Counted from the whole stretch's first letter, positions 10,115 to 22,997 are shown. The stretch is DNA of 63,256 bases, filler included, from Basidiobolus ranarum (GCA_040143965.1; 44 parts of 44 records of this genome joined end to end with filler, not necessarily neighbours in it); one strand, 5' to 3'. A program made the numbers and translations. The notes: generated from the sequence alone by a model not told the origin.

Positions 10115-11458
10115 AGAAGTCTGTCTTGCAGCTTTCCTAAAAATACCATCAGATTATCACACAAGCAAATTAGTCTGATTATAAAGGTACTTACTCTGTG
10201 TCCATGGATTGGGCTTTGTTGCTGTTATTGTGCTCAAACAATGCAAAAACCTGTGAGCACATTGAAAAGAGCCCTTTGTTGGCAGGTGAATATACTCTGG
10301 AGTCTCCTTAACCCATTGCATTACATCCATCACTGATTTTGCTGCTACATTATTAATCAGATTAGCATATGGTAATACTGATGATTTCACATGGAGCATC
10401 ATTTCACCACAGGTGCACTCCATTGGAACTCCCAGAATGTATAGCAAGGGCCTATAATCTCTAAGCATTGTAAAAGATGCAGCTGGGAATGTATTGAATA
10501 CCAGCATAGATTCACGCTATCTTCTTTGCACCTGTAATAAAGTGTATCATATTGAATTACAAAATCTTTGCACAGTCAATGTATCTACCTGAGATCTGCC
10601 AATGTCAGTTGATGCTGTAAGAATATATTAACAATATTAACAAACAACTCCTAATGTTGCCAAAACTTATCAGGCAGAAATCTTTTCAAAATTTGACTTG
10701 AATATATACAAATCCAATACTTCCAGTCTTTGCATTTAAATAAATGCCTAGATGAGTGGAAATTGGTGGGAGTCCTGGTAAAATATGATGGTATCTTGAC
10801 ATTTTCAAGCATTTTCCCAATCAAATCAAACATTGATCCTATCTTGAATGGCTCATTCATATTGAACTTTCCACTATAAAGCTGAGTAGTTGGAATCAGA
10901 ATATTGTTAAATAGTAAGTGCATAGTGCTTAATGGGAAGCTCTGGCTCCAGCTGATCCCCTTTAGCAATATATTCTTAGGCTTACAGCTAATACCAAGTT
11001 TGAGGTTAGACTGACTATTTGGTGAATTGATATCAGTGATCATGCTGAAATCAGACCAGGCTCTTGATGGTAAGATCATGGAGTTTAGTGTGGTATTTGG
11101 ATAGGAGTAATGTGTATGCCTGATAGAGTAAACTCCATTGATTTGACAAAATCTCCAGCAGGATGGTGCATTGTGCCCACAAAAACCTCCAGGTTTACTG
11201 ATGGCAGGAGTGTCACCAATACATACAATGATATTAGCTTTAATAAAATATTTACCCATCTGAACCCCATTAGATAACCATTCAAATTCTGCAATCACAG
11301 GCTCCAAGAAGCTATCTATAAGCACTGATCATTTAGGGCCACATATGATGGATAGTATCAAAGTATTATGACTCTTATATTGTGTCAGAACGAGGAAGAT
11401 TTAAGGCCATCAAAATTATTGACCAGAACGCCTTTCCAATGGTACATTTGTTTAGTGA
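10115..11458 (-). mobile_element. CACTA/EnSpm transposase core and C-terminus, degenerate
   Basis: IDSFLEPVIAEF, GDTPAISK, GHNA..C.FC, MHLLFNNI, PMExTCGEM..VKS..PYANL. Confidence 0.9.
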
Positions 11459-11558
11459 NNNNNNNNNNNNNNNNNNNNNNNNNNNNNNNNNNNNNNNNNN
11501 NNTTAATTAATTAANNNNNNNNNNNNNNNNNNNNNNNNNNNNNNNNNNNNNNNNNNNN

Positions 11559-12902
11559 ATTCAGTCTATCTTCTTTAAATCTGTAATAAAGTTTTCAATA
11601 TCCAATTACAAAATCTTTGCACAGTTGCTGTATCTGCCTGAGATCTGCAAATGTGAGTTGATGCCATAAGAATATATTAACAATATCCACAAACAACTCC
11701 CAATGTTGCCAATACAATTTCATTGCACCAAGTTTACCATCAGACAATTTCAATGTCATTCAAAAAGCTCTCAAAATCTAAGTCAAAATTGGCTTCCAAG
11801 CCAAAGCCTGCTGGCACAAGGGGAAAAAATCAGCAAGAACAGAGGACTTGATTGATGAGCAGTCTTGCAATCCACTATCCACTTTGGAAGGCATTAACAT
11901 TCCAGAAACTAACTCAAGTAATGATGAAGCATTAATAAATTTACCAGATATGTTCCTTTCCAGCAATAATGCTGGTGAAGAGATTGTAATCCCCCAATTA
12001 TGTAGTAATTCAATAGTGGAACAAAGTTCAACCAACACACCATCAAAACCATCAACTTCTAAAATGGCTACTTTGCCCACTATTGAACAACCCACCGTAG
12101 AAGATTTGGATAGAATTATTACAACAAGGGAATCACAGGGAGCACACCATAATGATTTGTATGCCATCATAAGTCAAAGCTATGAAGTTGCTATACAGGT
12201 CATGACAAGCAATAACGCCACAATATTGCAATTAATGCAGTGTTTGGAAGCAACCGGTCAACAGTTACAGAGTCACTCAACAATGATACAAGCCCTTCAG
12301 AATGCTGTACTTGAGCTACAGCAACCTGCTGCTCCCTCTATTCATTCTCAGAGTGTCACTGTGACAATCTAGCAGAGCACTATATGTGTTGGACCATTAG
12401 GTCTACACAGTGATCTGAAATTGCCTGGGACATGAAAGTAGAAATCTCATAGGAAAACCAGCAAACCAAAAGACACTGAGTGTCAGAGCTACCGTAACTT
12501 GCTATGATGATGAGTGGTTTAACATCTTGGAAGCTGTGAGAAATCTTGCCTGAAATCACCTGGATTAGAGTCAATTGTGGAAAAACCAAAAACCAGACAT
12601 TACTCTGAAGGTTCTTGACTAATTTCATGTGACTTATCCTGTGTTTTTGCAAGCAAATGGCAATTAGGTTAGTATAGGCCTATTCATAAAACATCTCAAA
12701 AATGTATGCAATTATCAGCTTGGAAAAGCAAGAGAAGCAGCTAAAGAAGTACTGAAGGAGCAGGAAGTTAGTAAGCCCAAGGCAAAAGCAAAGGTGCCAG
12801 TGAGCTTAGGCTCTACTTTCCCACTTACTAACTTCTTCACACCAATACAAAGATCTGCAATTTCAGAGTTGGATATACAGGCAAAAAAGCTTAACTTCAC
12901 AA
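11559..12902 (+). mobile_element. Internally deleted CACTA copy: transposase scrap (-) fused to ORF2 (+, ATG about 11753)
   Basis: 11559-11715 matches 10520-10660; the rest matches ORF2. Confidence 0.85.
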
Positions 12903-13180
12903 NNNNNNNNNNNNNNNNNNNNNNNNNNNNNNNNNNNNNNNNNNNNTTAATTAATTAANNNNNNNNNNNNNNNNNNNNNNNNNNNNNNNNNNNNNNNNNN
13001 NNCTATACATCTTCCATATGTCTTCCCTTAGTATGGAGAATGGATTTTGATGTAGATTCAATATAACATTTATCAATGAGTGTTTATCCAGTGAGTATAT
13101 TGAGCAAATTCTTTACAGGTGATGGGATAAGTAGACTGACATGTAAATATTTATTCAGGGAGTAGCCACAATCTGCTTAT

Positions 13181-13246
13181 CTGGTTAATAACCGCATCGT
13201 TATTAATGGATTGCTGGTTAATGACTGCATCTTTATTAATGGATTG
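13181..13246. repeat. 33-bp tandem duplication with internal hairpin
   Basis: CTGGTTAATAACCGCATCGTTATTAATGGATTG twice, second copy diverged. Confidence 0.8.
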
Positions 13247-13805
13247 GATGGGTATTTCTCATTTGGTAACTACCATTGCTGTTAACCGTTGAGTACATTC
13301 TATTAATTCACTGAGCAATTCACCATATTGGTGCACATAATCGCTTTTTACTAACCATTTTTGCTTTTGGCTTGGACCATCTTGTCTTGGGAGAGCAATC
13401 CAAGAGAACTTTCTCATTGGATGCTAGGAATGAAGCTAGATAGAAAATAATTATTTGTTTGGCTTGAGCACTTTTGGTCACAAGGTGAGAAATTTATGCA
13501 CCTTCTATTATTCTTGATATGCCATCACTCTTGGATATCTAAGCCTAAATGAATTATTAAATTAACTAAACTGACTCTTCTCCCATGCACATATTTACCT
13601 TCACTGATTGATTTGATTACAAGTGATTTATCATAAACTTACCAAAGAAGTTGGCCTATTATACTAGTGAATGACACTTAACATAGATCCAAAAATGGAA
13701 ACCAGGCATACTGATACCTAAGCTTTAAGGCTCTGAATGACATGCCCTAATTGTATGTACAGAGCCCCCAACTCTATATTTGGCATAAGAGGAGCTTGTC
13801 TAAAT

Positions 13806-14072
13806 TGTTAAAGTATTTGGGAGTCTGGTGGAAGTGGTTTGAAGAATTAGAGAAATTGGTGGTTTTCAATTGTTGATTTACTGAGTATTCAGTTGACATT
13901 TACAGTTTTGTCAATATCTAAACAAACCAACATCTAGAATGTGTTAAGGAAGGTCCCAGGAACATCCATTTGATGTATAATAAACTGATATTTAGCTGAA
14001 ATTGCTAAAATCAATCTGATAGAATTAAACTTTGCTACAGGAGCAAAAGTTTCTATATAATCTATTCCTGGT
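13806..14072 (-). mobile_element. LTR family A fragment fused to a copia RT fragment
   Basis: TGTTAAAGTATTTGGGAG LTR end; GIDYIETFAPVAKFNSIR...HQMDV breaks into LTR sequence at about 13960. Confidence 0.85.
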
Positions 14073-14445
14073 GCATGGGAGTATTTGAAGTGGGTGAATA
14101 GATCTGCTGAGAAGTGGTGACAAAACTCTCTGGTATGGCAGGTGGCCAGAATTTGCAAGCTTACCAAGAATCTTGGTTTCTGCAATAATAGAGACATCCA
14201 GAATCATCCTCAAAGCAGCAGGAGAAGCTGATATCCAGTCAACAACTCTGTCATTTGATACTGGTATGACTGATATCAGGTAGGACTTTCTCATAAAGGA
14301 GTAAAGATGCTTGGCTTTGGGGAGTTGATCAGCTGCAATTGAAGTNNNNNNNNNNNNNNNNNNNNNNNNNNNNNNNNNNNNNNNNNNNNTTAATTAATTA
14401 ANNNNNNNNNNNNNNNNNNNNNNNNNNNNNNNNNNNNNNNNNNNN

Positions 14446-15657
14446 CAGTGACTGTGCAAAAATTTTATATTGGATATGAAAAACTTTTAACAGGTTTAAA
14501 GAAGATAGACTGAATCTATGCTGGTATTGAATACATTTGCTGCTGCATCTTTCACCATGCTTAAAGATTATTGGCCCTTGCTATATATTCTAGGAGTTCT
14601 TAATGGAGCGCACCTGCAGTGAAATGATGCTCCTTGTGAAATCATCAGTATTTCCATATGCCAATCTGATTAACAATGTATCAGCAAAATCAGTGATGGA
14701 TGTAATACAATGGTTTGAGGAGGTTCCTCAATATATTAACCTTCCAACAAAGGGCACTTTTCAATGTGCTCATGGATTTTTGCATTGTTTTGGTACAATA
14801 ACAGCAACAAAGCCCAATCCATGGACACAGAGTAAGTACTTCTATATTTTGGACTTATTTGTTTGTATAATAGTCTGATGGTATTTTTAAGAAAGCTGCA
14901 AGACAGACTTCTTGGTGAGAGAGATCAAGATACACAGTATTATTGTTTTAGCCATGGGGTAATCTATTCAAGCAATGACAATTCTACTTGTGGCAGAAAA
15001 TAAACATTCAATAAGAATGAGCCATTCTAGATAAGATCAAAGTTTGAATTGATTGGGAAAATGCTTGAAAATGTCAAGAGACCATCATATTTTACCAGGA
15101 CTCCTATCAATATCCACTCATCTAGCCATTTATTCAAATGCTAAGACTGGAAGTATTAGATATGTATATATTCAAGTGGAATTTTGAAAAGTTTTCTGCC
15201 TCATGAGTACTGGCAACATTGGGAGTGGTTTATTGATATTGTCATTATATTCTTATGACATCAACTCACATTGGCAAATCTCATGCAGATACTGCAACTG
15301 TGCCAAGATTTTGTAAATGGACATGTAAAACTTTATAACAGGTTTGTAGAAGATAGGCTGAATCTATGCCAGTATTCAATACATTCCCTGCTGCATCTTT
15401 GGCAATGCTAAGAGATTATAGGCACTTGCTATATATTCTGGGAGTTCCCAATGGAGCACACCTGCAGTGTAATGATGCTGTGTGTGAAATGATCAATATT
15501 AGCATATGCTTTGTGAAAAGAAGAACCCCTCCTATATAAGGATGGTACTTTAGATTTAGCCCATCAATATCATCAGCTGATTCTGAGACAGTGTCCCTGA
15601 CAAGTCATCAGGGAATTTACAAGATATTTCCAGTAATGGATGGCAATTTTGGTTTAT
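14446..15657 (+). mobile_element. Rearranged CACTA transposase C-terminal fragments plus intergenic spacer
   Basis: Two overlapping copies of the MERTCSEMML..VKS..PYANL region, then the bidirectional spacer. Confidence 0.85.
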
Positions 15658-15788
15658 TAGACTTGTTCCATTGGACCAGGTCAGATTGTGCCACTTAATC
15701 CAGCCTGCTAGTACACCATCTGGCACAATCTGTCAATTACCATGGCTGGGTCCTATAACACTTGATCAGACTCTATAAGGAACAATAT
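15658..15788 (+). mobile_element. Terminus of a putative hAT-like DNA element inserted in the CACTA spacer
   Basis: Starts TAGACTTGTTCC; subterminal inverted 12-mer CAGATTGTGCCA/TGGCACAATCTG; second copy at 27421-27611. Confidence 0.45.
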
Positions 15789-15888
15789 NNNNNNNNNNNN
15801 NNNNNNNNNNNNNNNNNNNNNNNNNNNNNNNNTTAATTAATTAANNNNNNNNNNNNNNNNNNNNNNNNNNNNNNNNNNNNNNNNNNNN

Positions 15889-17230
15889 GTGACTCTAGTC
15901 TCCTCACAGGCCTTGATCATGGTATCCTCAAGTCCAGAGTAAACAAGTTCGTGCTCTTCAGCACCATGAATGACCTGTTGACGTTCGGTGATGGTGAGTT
16001 TGCGGCCAGCATTCTCTTCAACAAGAGAAAGGAGTTGGGCCTTGCCTTGCTCATCCCACTTCTTGTTCATACGACCGAAACGGATGTGGGAGATGTTCTT
16101 GAGCCACTCGAAGTATGACACGCACACACCACCAGCATTCAGCAACAAGTCAGGAACAACCACACGGCCACTCTTGACAAGGAAGTCGTGAGCGGCAGGA
16201 GTGATGGGTCCATTGGCTCCCTCACCGATCACCTTAGCCTTGATGCGGCTGACATTCTTGAGACCAACTTGACGTTCAAGAGCCGCAGGAATGAGAACAT
16301 CACAATCAGCCTCAATGAGTTTGATGGAGTCGGGAACAATGGTTCCAGAGCTGTAACCACCAAGAATACCCTTAGCAGACTTGTACTCTTGCAACTCATC
16401 GATGTTGATACCTTGCTCATTGTAAATACCACAGTCTTGATCGGCGACACCTACAATCTTGGCACCGTTGGCCTCGAAGAACTTGGCGGCCCAGTAACCA
16501 ACGTTTCCGAAACCTTGGATGACAACACGCTTACCATCAATGTCACCAGTGAGCCCAGTTTGCTTCTGAACCTCATCGTACTTCAAGAACTCACGAACAC
16601 CATAGTACACACCGAGGCCAGTGGCTTCAGTACGACCGCGGACACCTCCTTGATTGACTGGCTTGCCAGTGATGCAACCAGCAGAGTTAATGTCGGTGGG
16701 GTTGAACTGACGATAGGTGTCCATAATCCAGGACATCTCACGACCACCAGTACCAACATCAGGAGCGGGAACATCGATACCGGGACCGATGAAGTTCTTT
16801 TGGCAGAGTTCGAGGGCGAAGCGGCGAGTGATACGCTCCAACTCACGGGTACTGTACTTCTTGGGGTTGATGGAAACACCACCCTTGGCTCCACCGAATG
16901 GAACATCAACAACAGCACACTTGTAAGTCATCAGGGAAGCCAAAGCCTCAACCTCTTGCATGTCAACCTCATTGGCATAACGGATACCACCCTTGACTGG
17001 GAGACGATGGTGAGAGTGCTGAGCACGGTAACCACGGATGATCTCGGTTTGACCATTCTCAAGCTCGATAGGGAAGGTGACGCTGAGAACAGCATCGACT
17101 CTCTTGATGGCAGCAAGGGTCTCAGGTTTGACACCACTGACTGAAGCAGCCTTATCGAAGAACTGCTCTACACAACCAAGGAATGCAGGTTCACTTTCTT
17201 CGCAAGCAGCATTAGCGTGGGTGCTCATAC
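15889..17230 (-). CDS. gdh: NAD(P)-dependent glutamate dehydrogenase, GLUD/antenna type (partial, 3' truncated, no intron seen)
   Basis: KGGIRY, KCAVVDVPFGGAKGG, DVPAPD, GRTEATG, QGFGNVG, EGANGP, VSYFEWLKN; clean ORF with normal CpG. Confidence 0.96.
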
Positions 17231-17330
17231 NNNNNNNNNNNNNNNNNNNNNNNNNNNNNNNNNNNNNNNNNNNNTTAATTAATTAANNNNNNNNNNNNNN
17301 NNNNNNNNNNNNNNNNNNNNNNNNNNNNNN

Positions 17331-18672
17331 AGTCAGCTTGCAGATGAAACAAAAACTACACAAGCATTTTATTCTCAAAATAGCCAACCAGAAAGGAGCA
17401 CTGTGAAATGTTACAAATGTGGAAAACTGGGACATATAGCATATTACTGCAGATCAAAGAAGAAATGGGTTTCAAAGAAAAAGGAAGCATATAACACCAC
17501 TAAAAGAGAATATAAACACTATGTACATATGGCAACCTCTAAATCAGGAAATGACTCTGCTGATGTATGGATTCTAGATTCTGGTGCAAGTGATCATATG
17601 TGTCACAATAGAAACATAATGCATGACTACAAGGAAATAGTACCTCTGGACATCATGGTAGCTGGAAGAAACAAACTGGTTGCATATGGAATGGGAAAGG
17701 TCACACTTGACTTACAAATAAGTAAAACCAAAAGTGTAATGGTAACCTTGGAAGATGTCTTATATATTCCATCATTTACAACAAATCTGTTTTCAATTGG
17801 AGCAATTGAAAAGAAACATTATGATGTCAAATTCAGCCAAGGAAAAGCAACCATATACAAATCAAAGGACTTGATAGTAGCAACTGGAACAAGAATTGGG
17901 AATCTATATCACCTGGATATTGCACCAATAACTGAGACTGTTTCTAACTTTGCAACAATTACTTCTGGAAACTTGATGACTTGGCATCAGTGCTTGGGTC
18001 ATCTAAACTATAATAGTGTGAAACTATTATATAAAAATAGCCTGTGTACTGGAATGGATCTTAAGCCCTCAGATATTACTAAATGTGAAAGCTGTATTCA
18101 AGGGAAAATCACCAGAAAACCATTTCCAAAAGAAGGAGCTAGCAAAGCCAAAGATTTATTGGATCTTATTCATACAGACTTATGTGGCCCAATGCAAACT
18201 CTGACACCAAGTAAGCAATGATATTTACTCATCTTTATTGATGATAAATCTCACTTCACAGTTTCATATCTTCTGTTGAGCAAAGGAGAAGTGTTTCAAT
18301 ATTTCAAGATATATGAAGCAATGGTCACAACCATAACAGGAAGAAAAATCAAATACCTATGCAGTGATAATGGAACTGAATTTAGCAATGAAGCCATGAC
18401 TAGCTTTTGTCAAGAAAAGGGAATTCAGCAGCAATTTGTTATTCCATATAGTGCAGAACAAAATGAAGTGACAGAATGGAGGAAAGCCACTGATGATGAA
18501 ATTCACTCCCTAATCAAGAATAACACATTGATCCATGTGGATTTACCTACTGGAAGAAAAACTATTGGTAATAGATGGGTGCTGAAACTGAAACTTAACT
18601 CAGATGGATCAATCAACCAATATAAAGCAAGATTAGTAGTAAAAGGCTATTCTCAGAAACATGGCATTGACT
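17331..18672 (+). mobile_element. Ty1/copia family D knuckle-PR-INT fused by deletion to RT start
   Basis: CYKCGKLGHIAYYC, WILDSGASDHM, LIHTDLCGPM, SDNGTEF, then YKARLVVKGYSQ. Confidence 0.95.
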
Positions 18673-18810
18673 NNNNNNNNNNNNNNNNNNNNNNNNNNNN
18701 NNNNNNNNNNNNNNNNTTAATTAATTAANNNNNNNNNNNNNNNNNNNNNNNNNNNNNNNNNNNNNNNNNNNNCGACAAATCACATTCTAGAGTCTGCTTG
18801 CGTATTCCAT

Positions 18811-20114
18811 CAGCTGGTGGCTTTGTACAGTGACTATGTTTGTGACTATTTTTTCTATGAAGCCTCCAGCTTTCATAGCACAAGAATTTGTGACAATAAT
18901 AGCAAGGCTTCTTTAAATGTTTATGTTGCAGAATGAGAAGGATATCATAGAAAAAAGAGCATCTCCTACATAAGGGTGGTATCTTAGATTAAGCCCATCA
19001 ATATCATCAGTCAATTCTGAGATAGTGTCACAGATGAGTCATTGGGGAATTTACAAGATATTTCCAGTAATGGATGGTAGTTTTGGCTTTTTATAAGCTG
19101 ATTCTAAGCAATTTCATTTCACCAAGTTTACCATCTGAAAATTTCAATACCATTCAAAAAGCATTCAATATCTAAATCAAAATTGGCTTCCAAGACAAAG
19201 CCTGCTGGCACAAAAGGAAAATAACTAGCAAGAATAGAGGACCTAACTGATGAGTAATCTAGTGATCCACTATCCACTTTTGAAGGCATTAAAATGGTGG
19301 AAACTAACTCAAGTAATGATGAAGCATTAATCAATTTGGCAGATGTGTTCCTTTACAGCAATAGTGCAAGTGATGAAATTGTAATTCCCCAATTATGTAC
19401 TAAATCAATAGTTGAGAAAAGTTCAACTGAGACACCATCAAGCCCATCAACTTCCCAAATGGCTACTTTGCCTACTATTGAACAACTCTCTGTAGAAAAT
19501 TTGGATAGAAATATTACAACAAGGGAATTGCAGGCAGAACACCATAATGATTTGTGTGAAATCATAAGTAAAACTACAAAGTTGCTATATAGGCCGTGAC
19601 AAGCAAGAATGCCACAATATCACAATTAATGCAGCATTTGGAAGCAACTAGTCAACAGTTAGAGAGTCACTCAACAATGATACAAGACCTTCAGAATGTC
19701 TTACTTGAGCTACAGCTATATGCTGCTTCCTCCATTCATTCTCATATGGGATTTCAATCAATCCTACACCAAACATATGAACATCATCATGACAATCTAG
19801 CAGAGCAGTATATGTGTTGGACCATTATACCTACACAACAATTCAAAATTGCTTTAGCACATGAAAGTAGGAATCTCATTGGATACCTGGCAAATCAAAA
19901 GACTCTGAATGTCAGAGCTGCCATCACTTGTTCCAATGACAAGTGGTTTAACATTTTGGAAACTGTGCGGAATCTTGCCCAAAATCACCTGGATCTGAGT
20001 CAATCATAGAAAAACCAAAAACCAGGCATTACTCTGAAGATTCTTGACTTATTTCATGTAGCTTATCCTGGGTTTTTGCAAGCAAATGGCAATTGGGCTA
20101 GTATAGGCCTATTC
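18811..20114. mobile_element. CACTA copy: transposase start (-), spacer, ORF2 (+)
   Basis: Colinear with 9180-10014 and 20215-21556. Confidence 0.85.
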
Positions 20115-20214
20115 NNNNNNNNNNNNNNNNNNNNNNNNNNNNNNNNNNNNNNNNNNNNTTAATTAATTAANNNNNNNNNNNNNNNNNNNNNNNNNNNNNN
20201 NNNNNNNNNNNNNN

Positions 20215-21556
20215 GTGATTATTTTTGATATGAAGCCTCTGGCTTTCATCACACAAGAATTTGCAACAATAATAGCAGGGATTCTTTAAAGGTTTGTGTA
20301 GCGGCATGAGAAGAATATTGTAGAGAAAAGAACACCTCCCACATAGGGGTGGCATTTTAGGTATAGCCCATCCATATCATCAGCTGATTCTGAGATGGTG
20401 TCACAGATGAGTCATCAGGATATTTACAAGATATTTCTGGTAATGGATGGCAAGTTTGGTTTAATATAGGCTGTTTCTAAGCAATTTCATTACACCAAGT
20501 TTACCATCTGAAAATTTCAATGCCATTCAAAAAGTATTCAAAATCAAATTCAAAATTGGCTTCCAAGCCAAAGCCTGCTGGCACAAAAGGAAAAAAACCA
20601 TGATGAGCAGTCTAGTGATCCACTATCCACTTTGGAAGGCATTAACATGCCGGAAACTAACTCAAGTAATGATGAAGCATTAATCAATTTACCAGATGTG
20701 TTCCTTTCCAGCGATAGTGCAAGTGAAGAGATTGTAATCCCCCAATTACGTAGTAAATCAATAGTTGAGCAAAGTTCAACCAAAACACCATCAAGACCAT
20801 CAACTTCCAAAATGGCTACTTTGCCCACTATTGAACAACCCTCTGTAGAAAATTTGGATAGAATTGTTACAATAAGGGAATTGCAGGCAGAACACCGTAA
20901 TGATTTGTATGCAATTGTGAGTAAAAACTATGAAGCTGCTATACAGGCCATGACAAGCAAAAATGCCGGAAAATTTCAATTAATGCATCATCCGGAAGCA
21001 ACCAGTCAACAGTTAGAGAGTCACTCAACAATGCTACAAGACCTTCAGAATGCTGTTCTTGAGCTACAGCAACATGCTGCTCCCTCCAATCATTCTCATA
21101 CAGGATTTCAGTCAATCCCACACCATACATATTAATGTCACTGTGACAGTCTAGCAGAGCAGAATTTGTGTTGGACCATTAAGCATACACAATAACCCAA
21201 AATTGCCTGGGCACACAAAAGTAGAAATCTCATAGGAAAACCTGCAAATGAAAAGATTCTTAATGTCAAAGCTGCCAACACTTGCTCTGATGATGAGTGG
21301 TTTAACATTTTGGAAACTATGTGGAATCTTGCCCAAAATTACCTGGATTAGAGTCAATTGTGGAAAAACCAAAAACCAGGTGTTACTCTGAAGGTTCTTG
21401 ACTTATTTCATGCGGCTTATCCTGGGTTTTTGCAAGCAAATGGCAATTGGGCTATTATAAGCCTATTCATGAAAAATCTCAAATATGTATGCATTTTTTG
21501 ACTTGGAAAAGAAAGAAAAGCCACGGAAGAAGTACTGAAAGGAGCAGGAAGTTGGT
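20215..21556. mobile_element. CACTA copy: transposase start (-), spacer, ORF2 (+)
   Basis: Colinear with other copies; ORF 20632-21135. Confidence 0.85.
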
Positions 21557-21656
21557 NNNNNNNNNNNNNNNNNNNNNNNNNNNNNNNNNNNNNNNNNNNN
21601 TTAATTAATTAANNNNNNNNNNNNNNNNNNNNNNNNNNNNNNNNNNNNNNNNNNNN

Positions 21657-22997
21657 CCCGATGGCAACATTGAATTTTTGGGTCGCAACGACTTTCAAAT
21701 AAAGATTCGCGGATTTCGAATTGAACCTGGGGACATTGAAACACTTCTCATGAAGCATCCCCAGGTGCGAGAATCCGTTGTACTTACGCTGGACAAGGAT
21801 AGTGATCAGCGTTTAATCGCATACGTAACAGCCGAATTGGATGAAAAGCTTTCTAGCAAGTTACGAGCCCACCTCGAAAATAAACTGCCTGGATATATGA
21901 TTCCATCCGCATTTGTACGCTTGGAAGCGTTTCCAATGACATCTAACGGAAAACTAGACCGCCGAGCATTACCAAAGCCAGATGAGGGTGACTTTGTCCA
22001 TCAGACCTACGAAGCACCGAAAGGTAAAATTGAGGAAGAACTTTGTAAAATCTGGGCTGAAACTCTCAATCTGGACGTTGTCGGACGCAGCGATAATTTC
22101 TTTGCGCTTGGTGGATACTCTCTGCTCGCCGTTAGGATGATCAGCCGTATTCGAACCACATTGGGCATCGAAATTGCTCTAAATACGCTATTTGAAGCCC
22201 CTACTATTGCAGAATTGGCGCAACATTTACTTAAAGAAGATACGGATGACCAACAAAATTCTTTTTCAGTAATACTTCCTTTAAATCCTAAAGGCACTCA
22301 AGCTCCTCTTTTCTGTATTCACGCCGTTTCCGGTTTAAGTTGGGGCTACATTGGCTTATGTAAACATTTAGGCCCTGATCAACCGATATATGGTCTACAG
22401 GCTCGTGGACTCAACAATGAGACACCAGTGGCAGAAACAATGGATGATATGATATCCGATTATATTCAACAAATACGTAACGTCCAGTCTACTGGACCAT
22501 ATCATCTACTTGGATGGTCTTTGGGCGTTTATATTGCTCACAGCATTGCGACACGCCTCGAAGAACAAGGGGAAAAGGTAGCGTTACTTGCTCTTTTAGA
22601 TATTAATCCGGAATATTCACCACCCAGCTACGGAACGGAGGCGGAGAGAGATAGTTGGTACATAAGATTTCTGGATCGCTATTGCGACGAAGGTGATCCA
22701 AATGCTGGCGAGTATTTATGGGAAAAGACGCATAACGTCATAAAAAATAATCACAAGATATTAAAGGGGTTTACACCGCCCGTTTATAGCGGGGACGTGA
22801 TTTTCTTTCGGGCAACCATAGTAGAGCAACGCTCTATCCCGCTAGTGTCTCCTCAGTTGTGGAAACCTTACGTTCTTGGCAATATCGAGGTTTTCGACAT
22901 TAACTGCACACATCGAGACATGGACAGGCCTTTACCAATTGCGGAAATCGGTGGTATTTTGGCAAACAAATTCCAAGATTTACAAAATAAGGCATAG
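21657..22997 (+). CDS. Non-ribosomal peptide synthetase C-terminus: A-subdomain, thiolation domain, thioesterase (5' truncated)
   Basis: GRNDFQIKIRGFRIE, SNGKLDR, T motif NFFALGGYSLLA, TE PLFCIH / GLQARG / GWSLG / CTH; intact and intronless. Confidence 0.96.
   Translation, partial: PDGNIEFLGRNDFQIKIRGFRIEPGDIETLLMKHPQVRESVVLTLDKDSDQRLIAYVTAELDEKLSSKLRAHLENKLPGYMIPSAFVRLEAFPMTSNGKLDRRALPKPDEGDFVHQTYEAPKGKIEEELCKIWAETLNLDVVGRSDNFFALGGYSLLAVRMISRIRTTLGIEIALNTLFEAPTIAELAQHLLKEDTDDQQNSFSVILPLNPKGTQAPLFCIHAVSGLSWGYIGLCKHLGPDQPIYGLQARGLNNETPVAETMDDMISDYIQQIRNVQSTGPYHLLGWSLGVYIAHSIATRLEEQGEKVALLALLDINPEYSPPSYGTEAERDSWYIRFLDRYCDEGDPNAGEYLWEKTHNVIKNNHKILKGFTPPVYSGDVIFFRATIVEQRSIPLVSPQLWKPYVLGNIEVFDINCTHRDMDRPLPIAEIGGILANKFQDLQNKA

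Noticed and set aside
16188-17144. 318-aa + strand ORF
   Set aside because: Antisense shadow of the codon-biased GDH gene; no independent motif.
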